NCBI GenBank assembly: GCA_947459365.1
Contig: CANHDG010000001.1
Span: 28,566-92,565 of the forward strand
Direction: 5' to 3'
DNA length: 64,000 nucleotides
Origin: Saprospirales bacterium
GTDB taxonomy: Bacteria; Bacteroidota; Bacteroidia; Chitinophagales; Saprospiraceae
In this document: positions 9,251-16,855 of the stretch, one piece after another
How positions within the stretch are numbered: position 1 is the first letter of the stretch
Layout of the letters: every line of letters starts with the position of its first letter
The notes under the pieces: generated by a model
What the model saw: only the letters and a program-made list of their open reading frames with translations
What the model was told of the DNA's origin: nothing
Databases searched by the model: none
Program-made: the position numbers and the translations under genes

Positions 9251-9316
9251 ATGAATACTAGAATTACTCTAACCGCTCTTGCACTTATCTTATGTGCAGG
9301 TTGGGCAATGGCTTAA
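9251..9316 (+). other. 21-codon signal-peptide-like mini-ORF; possible 5' remnant of a gene lost at the IS junction
   Basis: Own translation is MNTRITLTALALILCAGWAMA followed by TAA. It ends 26 nt before the IS3 end. If the stop is read through, the frame continues QPSLQYLNLK into the IS. Confidence 0.2.
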
Positions 9317-9341
9317 CAACCTTCTCTGCAATACCTGAACC

Positions 9342-9370
9342 TGAAGTTCCCCCCATTTTTCGACCACGAC
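9342..9370. repeat. IS3 terminal inverted repeat (orfB-proximal end)
   Basis: tgaagttccccccatttttcgaccacgac compared with the reverse complement of 10661-10689 (tgtgagcctcccccccaaaaactggacca). The shared blocks are TG, AG, the C-run and GACCA. Further shared blocks (attaagc, tcagta) lie inward. Confidence 0.45.
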
Positions 9371-9483
9371 AGTACCGATATTAAGCAATATTCAGTATTG
9401 ATTTTTTAATAATTTATTCGAAGCGGAGGGTGAATTTTAAGCCACTCCTCCTGCTACGAAGCGAATGTGGTTGGTTGTGTAAC

Positions 9484-10345
9484 CTAAGGTAGCCAATTTG
9501 TTGAATTATAATAGACTTCCCATGGTACCTTATACTTTAGCACCTCATGAGGTCTCTCCGTATTCCTAAAATTGAACTATTCTTTGAGTCCTTTATGAAG
9601 TTCTTGACCGGTCTCGTACTCATGTAAATAAACGTGTTCATACTTGACATCTCTCCAAAGTCGCTCATTGAAAACATTATCCAATGCTCAACCCCGACCA
9701 TCCATGCTAATCTGAATACCTTCCTCCAGTAACACCTTTGTGTATCTGGGTGAAGTAAACTGACTTCCCTGATCTGTATTGAAAATTTCCGGTTTGACTC
9801 CAGTAGCTAAGGCATCCTTGAGCGTTTCAATACAAAAATCACCGTCTTGTGTATTCGATAACCGCCACGATAATACCATACGACTTCGCCAATCGATTAC
9901 TGCACATAAATACAAGAATCCGCGCCGCATTCGAATGTAGGTTATGTCAGTAGACCATACCTGGTTGGGTCGTTCTATCTTAACTCCACGTAACAAGTAA
10001 GGGTACTTTTTATGCTCCTTTACTGCTTTTGTCAGGTTTTTCTTTGGATAAATGGCTTGAATACCCATTAATCGCATAAGACGTTCCACACGCTTTTCAT
10101 TAATTTGATATCCCATCTGTCTGAGCACACAGCACATCCGGGGGGATCCATAAAAAGGTGTTTTGGTATACTGCTCATCTATCAAACGCATGATTAGCAG
10201 ATTCTCTTCTCGCTCTCCACAGGGCTCATAATACCAACTGCTCCTGGGAACACCAACCAATTCACATTGTTTGCGAATGGAAAGAAAAGAATCTGTTTCA
10301 ATCCAACTAGAACGCTCTTCTAAAACTAACTCCCTAGCTTTTTTT
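9484..10345 (-). pseudogene. IS3-family transposase orfB (DDE integrase core) interrupted by two in-frame stops
   Basis: Track ORF 9688-10260 carries VWSTDITYI and FNTDQGSQFTS. It ends at TGA 9688-9690 (...MDGRG*ALDNVFNERLWRDVKYE...). The same frame continues to TAG 9577-9579 (...GLKE*FNFRNTERPHEV...) and to a final stop at 9484-9486. Confidence 0.85.
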
Positions 10346-10610
10346 TTAGCCAGGACAATTCGGACTGCAACTCCCCAATCTGCTGATAAAGACGAGCGGT
10401 CAACTCTTCGTCCGTTTTAGCAGCACGACCACGACTTGTATCAAACAGCTCGTCCGCTCGATCCGTAAGTGTCTTCTTCCAGTTTGAAATCATAGCAGCG
10501 TGAACTTCGTGACGAGTCGATAACTCAGCGAGTGTTTGACCTCCTGTCACAGCCTCTAAGGCAACTTTCGCTTTAAATTTTGCCGGAAAGTTCCGTCTCC
10601 CTTTTTTCAT
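10326..10610 (-). CDS. IS3/IS911-family transposase orfA (HTH)
   Basis: 94 aa. MKKGRRNFPAKFKAKVALEAV...LSWLKKKLGS is a typical HTH_Tnp_1 orfA. Confidence 0.9.
   Translation of the reverse strand: MKKGRRNFPAKFKAKVALEAVTGGQTLAELSTRHEVHAAMISNWKKTLTDRADELFDTSRGRAAKTDEELTARLYQQIGELQSELSWLKKKLGS
10338..10347 (-). other. programmed -1 ribosomal frameshift site (A-run followed by G) joining orfA to orfB
   Basis: The minus strand reads tgg cta aaa aaa aag cta ggg agt tag in the orfA frame. The -1 frame continues ARELVLEERSSWIETDSFLSIRKQCELVGVPRSSWYY into orfB. Confidence 0.7.
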
Positions 10611-10660
10611 AAACAGCCATTTTATTGTGTGTAAAATTACTGATTTTACCGCTTAATTAA

Positions 10661-10689
10661 TGGTCCAGTTTTTGGGGGGGAGGCTCACA
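10661..10689. repeat. IS3 terminal inverted repeat (orfA-proximal end)
   Basis: See the 9342-9370 entry. The plus strand ends ...ggctcaca. Confidence 0.45.
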
Positions 10690-10701
10690 AAGGGATTAAC
10701 C

Positions 10702-11466
10702 TTAAAAACTACACCAGCCTCCATTCTCCTTCAACCAGCGTTCTTTCTCACTGTAATCCGGCATAAACCGTTCAACCAGCGACCAAAACCGAGGAGAGTG
10801 GTTCATTTCAACCAAATGCGCCAGTTCATGAATTATGACATAATTCTGGACATCAACAGGCGCGAACAATAATCTGGTCGATAAGTTTACATTTCGCTCA
10901 CTTGAGCAACTCCCCCAATTGGATTGATTGTGCTTCAAACTAATGTTGCCAATTGGTTGGTTGACGGTTCGCTGATTGATATCGTGAACCCGCTGCACAA
11001 TCTCAGCAAGATAATCTCCGGCCACCACTCTAGACAAGAGCGTTTGTATCGCTTTTTGCCTCTGTGTCGGATTACACTTGCTACTTAGACGAAGTACAAT
11101 TGTATCCCCAACTAACTTCGCTGAATGCATTTTCCGTTCCTCATCTATAAGTTCTAGTGAATACCTGCGCCTTCCAACCGTCAAAACCTGTCCATTTTCA
11201 TACTTCTTAACCACAAAAGGGGCTAATATAGAAGGTTTTTTCTTCGCTAACTGCTCTACCCATTGCTGTAGCCGAAACAATTCAGCATGAATAAAATCAA
11301 CAGAAACCCCTGACGGCTCCCGCATAATTATCTTTTGCCTAGTAACACTAAATCTTGAACCCCGCCTTGCCTCAATTACGACTTCTACCGGCAACTCTTG
11401 CCCTTCCACCACTATACTTGCGGTATATTTGCTCACTAAATGCTTGTTAATTATACGTTTTATCAA
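10702..11466 (-). CDS. YgjP-like (DUF45, SprT/M48-like) metal-dependent hydrolase
   Basis: 254 aa. HELAHLVEMNHSPRFWSLV is the zinc motif typical of the YgjP/DUF45 family. Confidence 0.85.
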   Translation of the reverse strand: MIKRIINKHLVSKYTASIVVEGQELPVEVVIEARRGSRFSVTRQKIIMREPSGVSVDFIHAELFRLQQWVEQLAKKKPSILAPFVVKKYENGQVLTVGRRRYSLELIDEERKMHSAKLVGDTIVLRLSSKCNPTQRQKAIQTLLSRVVAGDYLAEIVQRVHDINQRTVNQPIGNISLKHNQSNWGSCSSERNVNLSTRLLFAPVDVQNYVIIHELAHLVEMNHSPRFWSLVERFMPDYSEKERWLKENGGWCSF

Positions 11467-11568
11467 TTAATATAAAAATTTTTGGCAAAAATACGCGCTT
11501 AAACCTATTAATGCCGCCTTTTGTTGACACTCCTCACTTATTCTACCCACTAACACTCTATTTGGTAA

Positions 11569-12867
11569 ATGCAAACATTTAAACTGCCCCCCAACTTTAG
11601 GGAGCACTTATTAGCCTGGATTAACACCCATGAAACAGGTATTCTCCTGGATAGCAACAAGCAAGAAGAGTATAACCAACAACATTCTTCTTGGGATATC
11701 CTCGCTGCTGTAGGCGTAAAAGCAATTTTGGAGGTCATAAATGGTAATTTCTCCATTGAACAACTTCAGTCGTTCCAAAGCCAAAATAAGGGAAAATGGC
11801 TGTTTGGATATTTTTCCTACGATTTGAAAAACAAGCTAGAATCGCTAACATCAAATAATTATGATGGCTTAAAATGGCCGGAGGTATTACTGTTTCAACC
11901 TGAGATAATAATAGGGGTAAGAGAAAATAGGGTAGAGGTGTATTCAGAAAATATAGATGTAGAAACGATCTTACGCGATATCATGAACTGCCATCCTTTA
12001 AAGGACATACGTCTTAGCCAAACGATCCAACTTCAACCCAGGACTTCTAAACAAGCCTATCTTCTTGCGGTTGACATAATCAAAAACCACATAAAAGTTG
12101 GAGACATCTACGAACTTAATTACTGCCAAGAGTTTTATGCATATCCCGATCAACTAGAACCTGCCCCTCTGTTTAATCGCCTCAACAAAATAGCAAAAGC
12201 CCCCTTTAGTGCTTTCCTAAAACGATTAGACAAAACCTTATTATGTGCCAGTCCAGAACGATTCCTGAAAAAAAGTGGGCAACAGCTCATCTCACAACCC
12301 ATCAAAGGAACCCGCAGAAGAGGAGTAAATCAACTAGAGGACCAACTGGTTAAAGATGAGCTGATAAACAACCCGAAGGATAGATCAGAGAATATAATGA
12401 TTGTTGACTTAGTAAGAAACGACCTCGCAAAAAACTGTATCCCAGGATCTGTTAAAGTAGAAGAACTCTGCCAGATTTACTCTTTCCCAACCGTCCACCA
12501 AATGATTTCAACCATATCAGGAACTCTTCCACCGGATACGAATAGCATCCAAGCTGTTTTAGATGCTTTTCCAATGGGAAGTATGACGGGAGCTCCTAAG
12601 GTAATGGCCATGAATTTAATAGAACGCTATGAAGAATCTAAGAGAGGGCTATACTCAGGAGCTGTCGGTTATTTTGACCCCAAAGGGGATTTTGATTTTA
12701 ACGTTGTTATCAGAAGCCTCCAATACAACTCCTCCGAAAAATACCTCTCATGCTCCGTCGGTGGGGCAATTGTATATGAATCAGATCCGGAACAAGAATA
12801 TGAAGAATGCTTAACTAAAATGGCAGCTATTCAGTCCGCTCTAGCCGCTAACTATTCCAATACATAG
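11569..12867 (+). CDS. pabB: aminodeoxychorismate synthase component I / anthranilate synthase component I family
   Basis: 432 aa. Chorismate-binding motifs PMGSMTGAPK and GLYSGAVGYF. No adjacent amidotransferase subunit. The pabB versus trpE assignment rests on size and the lack of trp context. Confidence 0.8.
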   Translation: MQTFKLPPNFREHLLAWINTHETGILLDSNKQEEYNQQHSSWDILAAVGVKAILEVINGNFSIEQLQSFQSQNKGKWLFGYFSYDLKNKLESLTSNNYDGLKWPEVLLFQPEIIIGVRENRVEVYSENIDVETILRDIMNCHPLKDIRLSQTIQLQPRTSKQAYLLAVDIIKNHIKVGDIYELNYCQEFYAYPDQLEPAPLFNRLNKIAKAPFSAFLKRLDKTLLCASPERFLKKSGQQLISQPIKGTRRRGVNQLEDQLVKDELINNPKDRSENIMIVDLVRNDLAKNCIPGSVKVEELCQIYSFPTVHQMISTISGTLPPDTNSIQAVLDAFPMGSMTGAPKVMAMNLIERYEESKRGLYSGAVGYFDPKGDFDFNVVIRSLQYNSSEKYLSCSVGGAIVYESDPEQEYEECLTKMAAIQSALAANYSNT

Positions 12868-12950
12868 AGTCAAAAACAAACTTAAGCACACGCCTTTAAT
12901 AAATTAATACTTCCAAATCTTAAAAAACACGTTGCTCTCAAACAGTTTCT

Positions 12951-12958
12951 TAGTTTTG
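12951..12958 (+). promoter_or_regulatory. Bacteroidota -7 promoter box (TAnnTTTG)
   Basis: TAGTTTTG lies 25 nt upstream of ATG 12984. Confidence 0.45.
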
Positions 12959-12983
12959 CGGTAACTTTTAATATCCTTTAACG

Positions 12984-13979
12984 ATGCAGAATCCACCGGA
13001 TATCAATATTTTAAACGAAGAAATTACCCGTGAGTCCGCTTTCATAGAAGCGCTTCTAGCAGAGACCAGTCGTACCATCATTGGCCAACAAAGTATGATA
13101 GAACGATTGTTAATCGGATTACTTACAAAAGGCCATATTCTGCTTGAGGGCCTGCCTGGTCTTGCAAAAACACTGGCAATTAAAACCTTGGCCCAAGCTA
13201 TCGATGTGAAATTTGCCAGAGTTCAGTTTACTCCAGACTTATTACCTGCTGATGTAATTGGAACTATGGTGTACAGCCCTGCAAAGTCTGATTTTTTTAT
13301 CAAAAAAGGGCCTATTTTTGCCAATTTCGTCTTGGCGGATGAAATAAATCGGGCACCAGCCAAAGTACAAAGTGCACTTTTAGAGGCAATGCAAGAACGC
13401 CAAGTAACCATTGGCGATACATCTTTCCCATTGGACGAACCATTTTTAGTACTTGCTACCCAAAACCCAATTGAGCAAGAAGGCACCTACCCATTGCCAG
13501 AAGCTCAAATGGATCGGTTTTTGCTAAAAATAAAAATGGGTTACCCCTCTAAAGAAGAGGAAAGAATGATTATTCGACAAAACCTATCCCTGACGCCTCC
13601 AGTAATTAGACCCGTTATACCCGCCGAAGCACTCACAAGAGCAAGAATTGCGCTCGATAAAGTTTATATAGGTGAAAAAATAGAGCAATATATTATCGAC
13701 TTGGTCTTTGCCAGTCGACAACCCGCCTCTTATGGACTTAAACACCTTGCCCCCCTGATCAGTTATGGGGGATCGCCTCGCGCCTCCATCGCACTCGCGC
13801 AGGCAGCAAGGGCTATGGCCTTCCTCCACCGTAGAGGTTATGTCATTCCTGAAGATGTTCGCTCAATAGCCCCAGATGTCCTTCGCCACCGCATCGGATT
13901 AACCTACGAAGCAGAAGCCCAAGGTCTTGATCAAGAAGAAATAATACTTCAATTGCTCAAAACAATAAAAGTTCCATGA
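12984..13979 (+). CDS. MoxR-family AAA+ ATPase
   Basis: 331 aa. Walker A GLPGLAKT, Walker B VLADEINRA, and FTPDLLPADVIGT typical of MoxR/RavA-like ATPases. Confidence 0.92.
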   Translation: MQNPPDINILNEEITRESAFIEALLAETSRTIIGQQSMIERLLIGLLTKGHILLEGLPGLAKTLAIKTLAQAIDVKFARVQFTPDLLPADVIGTMVYSPAKSDFFIKKGPIFANFVLADEINRAPAKVQSALLEAMQERQVTIGDTSFPLDEPFLVLATQNPIEQEGTYPLPEAQMDRFLLKIKMGYPSKEEERMIIRQNLSLTPPVIRPVIPAEALTRARIALDKVYIGEKIEQYIIDLVFASRQPASYGLKHLAPLISYGGSPRASIALAQAARAMAFLHRRGYVIPEDVRSIAPDVLRHRIGLTYEAEAQGLDQEEIILQLLKTIKVP

Positions 13980-14974
13980 ATAAAACCTTTTTCTGCATAG
14001 ACGCCCACACCTGTGGAAATCCCGTCCGATTGGTTGCCGGTGGCGGCCCAACATTGCAGGGCAACAATATGAGCGAAAAGCGACAGCACTTTCTAAAAGA
14101 ATTTGACTGGATACGACAAGGTCTAATGTTCGAACCGCGTGGGCATGATATGATGAGCGGAAGTATTCTCTACCCTCCTCACGAACCAACAAATGACATA
14201 GCTGTACTTTTTATTGAAACTTCTGGCTGCCTACCAATGTGTGGACACGGGCTCATCGGAACCGTAACCATCGCAATTGAACATGGATTAGTAACCCCCC
14301 AAAAAACTGGTTTTTTAAACGTGGAAACCCCAGCCGGGCTCATTCAAGTACGGTATGAACAAGTTGGGAATAAAGTGAAATCTGTTCGACTAACCAATGT
14401 TCCTGCATTCTTAGCCGCCACCAACCTGTTAATCGAGTGCTCCGAATTAGGACCATTAACAATTGATGTGGCTTATGGAGGCAATTACTATGCTATTGTA
14501 GATGTTCAAGACAACTTCCCTGGTCTTGAACACTTCAGAGCAGAACAATTAATTGCCTGGAGCAGAGAAATCAGAGAAAAAATAAATGAGCAGCATTCAT
14601 TTATCCACCCAGAAAATACAACCATTAAAGGCCTTAGCCACCTCTTATGGACTGGGGCCTGCATAGACCCAACATCAACGGCTAGAAATGCTGTTTTTTA
14701 CGGTGAAAAAGCAATAGATCGATCACCTTGTGGAACGGGTACAAGCGCGCGAATGGCTCAATGGTATGCTCAGGGCAAACTCAAGCCAGGAGATACGTTT
14801 ATCCATGAAAGTATTATTGGCTCCAAATTTGTTGGTCGAATTGAGGAGGAAACAACCGTTGCCGGCCAACCAGCAATACGCCCTTCCATTGAAGGCTGGG
14901 CTGTTGTGACTGGTTTTAATCATATTATCATAGATGATGAAGACCCCTATTGGAAGGGATTTGTAGTCGTTTAA
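13976..14974 (+). CDS. proline racemase family enzyme, Cys/Cys type (4-hydroxyproline 2-epimerase or proline racemase)
   Basis: 332 aa. IDAHTCGNPVRLV, first catalytic Cys in LPMCGHG and second in DRSPCGTGTSA. The start overlaps the moxR stop (ATGA). Confidence 0.85.
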   Translation: MNKTFFCIDAHTCGNPVRLVAGGGPTLQGNNMSEKRQHFLKEFDWIRQGLMFEPRGHDMMSGSILYPPHEPTNDIAVLFIETSGCLPMCGHGLIGTVTIAIEHGLVTPQKTGFLNVETPAGLIQVRYEQVGNKVKSVRLTNVPAFLAATNLLIECSELGPLTIDVAYGGNYYAIVDVQDNFPGLEHFRAEQLIAWSREIREKINEQHSFIHPENTTIKGLSHLLWTGACIDPTSTARNAVFYGEKAIDRSPCGTGTSARMAQWYAQGKLKPGDTFIHESIIGSKFVGRIEEETTVAGQPAIRPSIEGWAVVTGFNHIIIDDEDPYWKGFVVV

Positions 14975-14983
14975 AATACTGCT

Positions 14984-14991
14984 TACCTTTG
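14984..14991 (+). promoter_or_regulatory. Bacteroidota -7 promoter box immediately before the cysS start
   Basis: TACCTTTG, then cagc, then ATG 14996. Confidence 0.5.
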
Positions 14992-14995
14992 CAGC

Positions 14996-16501
14996 ATGAA
15001 CCAAGAGCAAAATCTAAAAATTTACAACAGCCTTTCAGGCAAAAAAGAGCAATTCACACCAATTACACCTGGATACGTTGGAATGTATGTCTGTGGACCA
15101 ACCGTTTATAATGATGTACATCTAGGAAATTGCCGAACATTTACTAGCTTCGATGTTATCTATCGCTATTTGCTACACTGTGGATTTAAAGTGAGATACG
15201 TGCGAAATATAACCGATGTCGGTCATCTAACGGATGATGGTGAAGACAGAATGGCTAAAGGCGCTAAAGTAGCTCAACTAGAACCAATGGAGGTTGCACA
15301 ACGCTATACCGTTGGGTTCCATGATATGATGCGCGTGTTCAATAATCTTACTCCAAGTATTGAACCGAGAGCAACCGGCCATATCCCCGAACAAATCGAA
15401 ATGGTACAAGAAATCCTAAACCGCGGCTTAGCTTATGAGCAAAATGGTTCGGTTTACTTTAATGTGCCAAAATTTGCTGAATCTTTCCCCGGTGTCTATG
15501 GCTCGGTGAGTGGTCGTGTTCTAGATGACCTTTATCAAGAAACCAGAACACTTAAAAATCAAGACGAAAAAGCACATCCCGCTGATTTTGCCATCTGGAT
15601 GAAAGCCCGACCTGAAGACATAATGGTCTGGAAAAGCCCTTGGTCAATTGGATTCCCAGGCTGGCATTTAGAGTGCTCCGCTATGAGCACCAAGTATCTC
15701 GGCTCCAACTTTGATATACATGGTGGAGGAAATGACCTCAAATTCCCTCACCACGAAAATGAAATAGCTCAAAACCATGGAGCTTGTGGATGTCATCCCG
15801 CTAACTATTGGTTACACGCCAATATGCTGCTGCTCAATGGGAAAAAAATGTCAAAATCGGACGGAAATACCATTACACCAGTGCAGCTTTTTACCGGCGA
15901 AAGCTCCTTTGTTAGTAAAGGTTACTCACCAATGGTTGTTCGCTTCTTCATGCTCCAGGCCCACTACAGAAGCACTCTAGATATCACTGATGAGGGACTT
16001 CTGGCGGCTGAAAAAGGCTATCGAAAACTAATGGAGTTTAATAAGCTACTCCAAAGTATCCCATCGAGTGCTATAACAGCAACAGCAGAAACCGACACCG
16101 ATCGTGCCATCCTAGACTGTATTCAAAATGCCTTCGAAGGGATGAATGACGACTTTAATACCGCAATTGCAATCGCCGCACTCAACGACCTTAGCTCCTA
16201 TATCAATAAACTCGCTAATCAACAACTCGCCCCAAGTGAAATATCCCCTTGGGTGCTAGAGCGCGCCAAAGTAGCTGTTAATGATTTAATTGCAAATGTA
16301 TTTGGCCTGTTAGATGATACTTCAGGGGGCGGAAAAGAGGATAACACAATAGAAGGATTAATGAACCTAATTCTCGAACTGCGTGCATCCGCAAGGGCAA
16401 ATAAAGATTGGCCAACTAGCGACAAGATTCGCGATGCCCTAACAGAAATTGGAGTCACAGTCAAAGATGGTAAGGAGGGCGCCTCTTGGTCGAAAAGCTA
16501 G
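14996..16501 (+). CDS. cysS: cysteine--tRNA ligase
   Basis: 501 aa. Class I motifs CGPTVYNDVHLGN and KMSKS. Confidence 0.97.
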   Translation: MNQEQNLKIYNSLSGKKEQFTPITPGYVGMYVCGPTVYNDVHLGNCRTFTSFDVIYRYLLHCGFKVRYVRNITDVGHLTDDGEDRMAKGAKVAQLEPMEVAQRYTVGFHDMMRVFNNLTPSIEPRATGHIPEQIEMVQEILNRGLAYEQNGSVYFNVPKFAESFPGVYGSVSGRVLDDLYQETRTLKNQDEKAHPADFAIWMKARPEDIMVWKSPWSIGFPGWHLECSAMSTKYLGSNFDIHGGGNDLKFPHHENEIAQNHGACGCHPANYWLHANMLLLNGKKMSKSDGNTITPVQLFTGESSFVSKGYSPMVVRFFMLQAHYRSTLDITDEGLLAAEKGYRKLMEFNKLLQSIPSSAITATAETDTDRAILDCIQNAFEGMNDDFNTAIAIAALNDLSSYINKLANQQLAPSEISPWVLERAKVAVNDLIANVFGLLDDTSGGGKEDNTIEGLMNLILELRASARANKDWPTSDKIRDALTEIGVTVKDGKEGASWSKS

Positions 16502-16530
16502 GTGTTAACGCTTGTTTTAGCACCTTAGAA

Positions 16531-16562
16531 GCACCGGGATAGGCCTATCCCGGTGCTTTTTT
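16531..16562 (+). terminator. intrinsic terminator after cysS
   Basis: Perfect 26-nt palindrome gcaccgggataggcctatcccggtgc followed by tttttt. Confidence 0.85.
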
Positions 16563-16626
16563 ATTGTTCAACTAAATGAGTAAGTACCCCTTGGACTTCC
16601 TCAGCATAGTGGACACTAAGATAAGG

Positions 16627-16790
16627 TTAAGCAGCCAATTTAGTAGATTTTTCATAAAAGGCTTCCCATGGCGTTAAGCCATTCAGGGAAGAATGAATTC
16701 TACATGTGTTATACCAACCTTCTACTTAATTTGATAAACTATTTGACGAAAACAATCGTTAATAGATAGGAAGTACAAAGAACCACTTAC
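16627..16790 (-). pseudogene. remnant of the C-terminus of an IS3-like (rve integrase) transposase
   Basis: Own minus-strand translation gives VEGWYNTCRIHSSLNGLTPWEAFYEKSTKLAA*, with the stop at 16627-16629. Upstream similarity (...NDCFRQIVYQIK) is in another frame and is interrupted by stops. It is not the same IS as the one at 9.3-10.7 kb. Confidence 0.55.
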
Positions 16791-16855
16791 CTTGTTCTAG
16801 GTAATTCATTTCTTAGAAAATAATCCAAATCCGCGGTCAAAAATTGGTTCCTGCT

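Larger units (their letters stand above)
9342..10689 (-). mobile_element. IS3-family insertion sequence (orfA intact, orfB decayed)
   Basis: orfA/orfB architecture with an A-run frameshift site. The ends have TG...CA termini and imperfect inverted repeats. Boundaries are approximate, and I could not identify flanking direct repeats. Confidence 0.75.

Noticed and set aside
9577-9690. The in-frame TGA in IS orfB as possible selenocysteine or other recoding, considered because selU is in the window.
   Set aside because: The second interruption is TAG. The TGA sits where IS3 transposases have an ordinary Arg or Trp codon (one transition away), and no SECIS-like hairpin follows. Simple decay is the better explanation.
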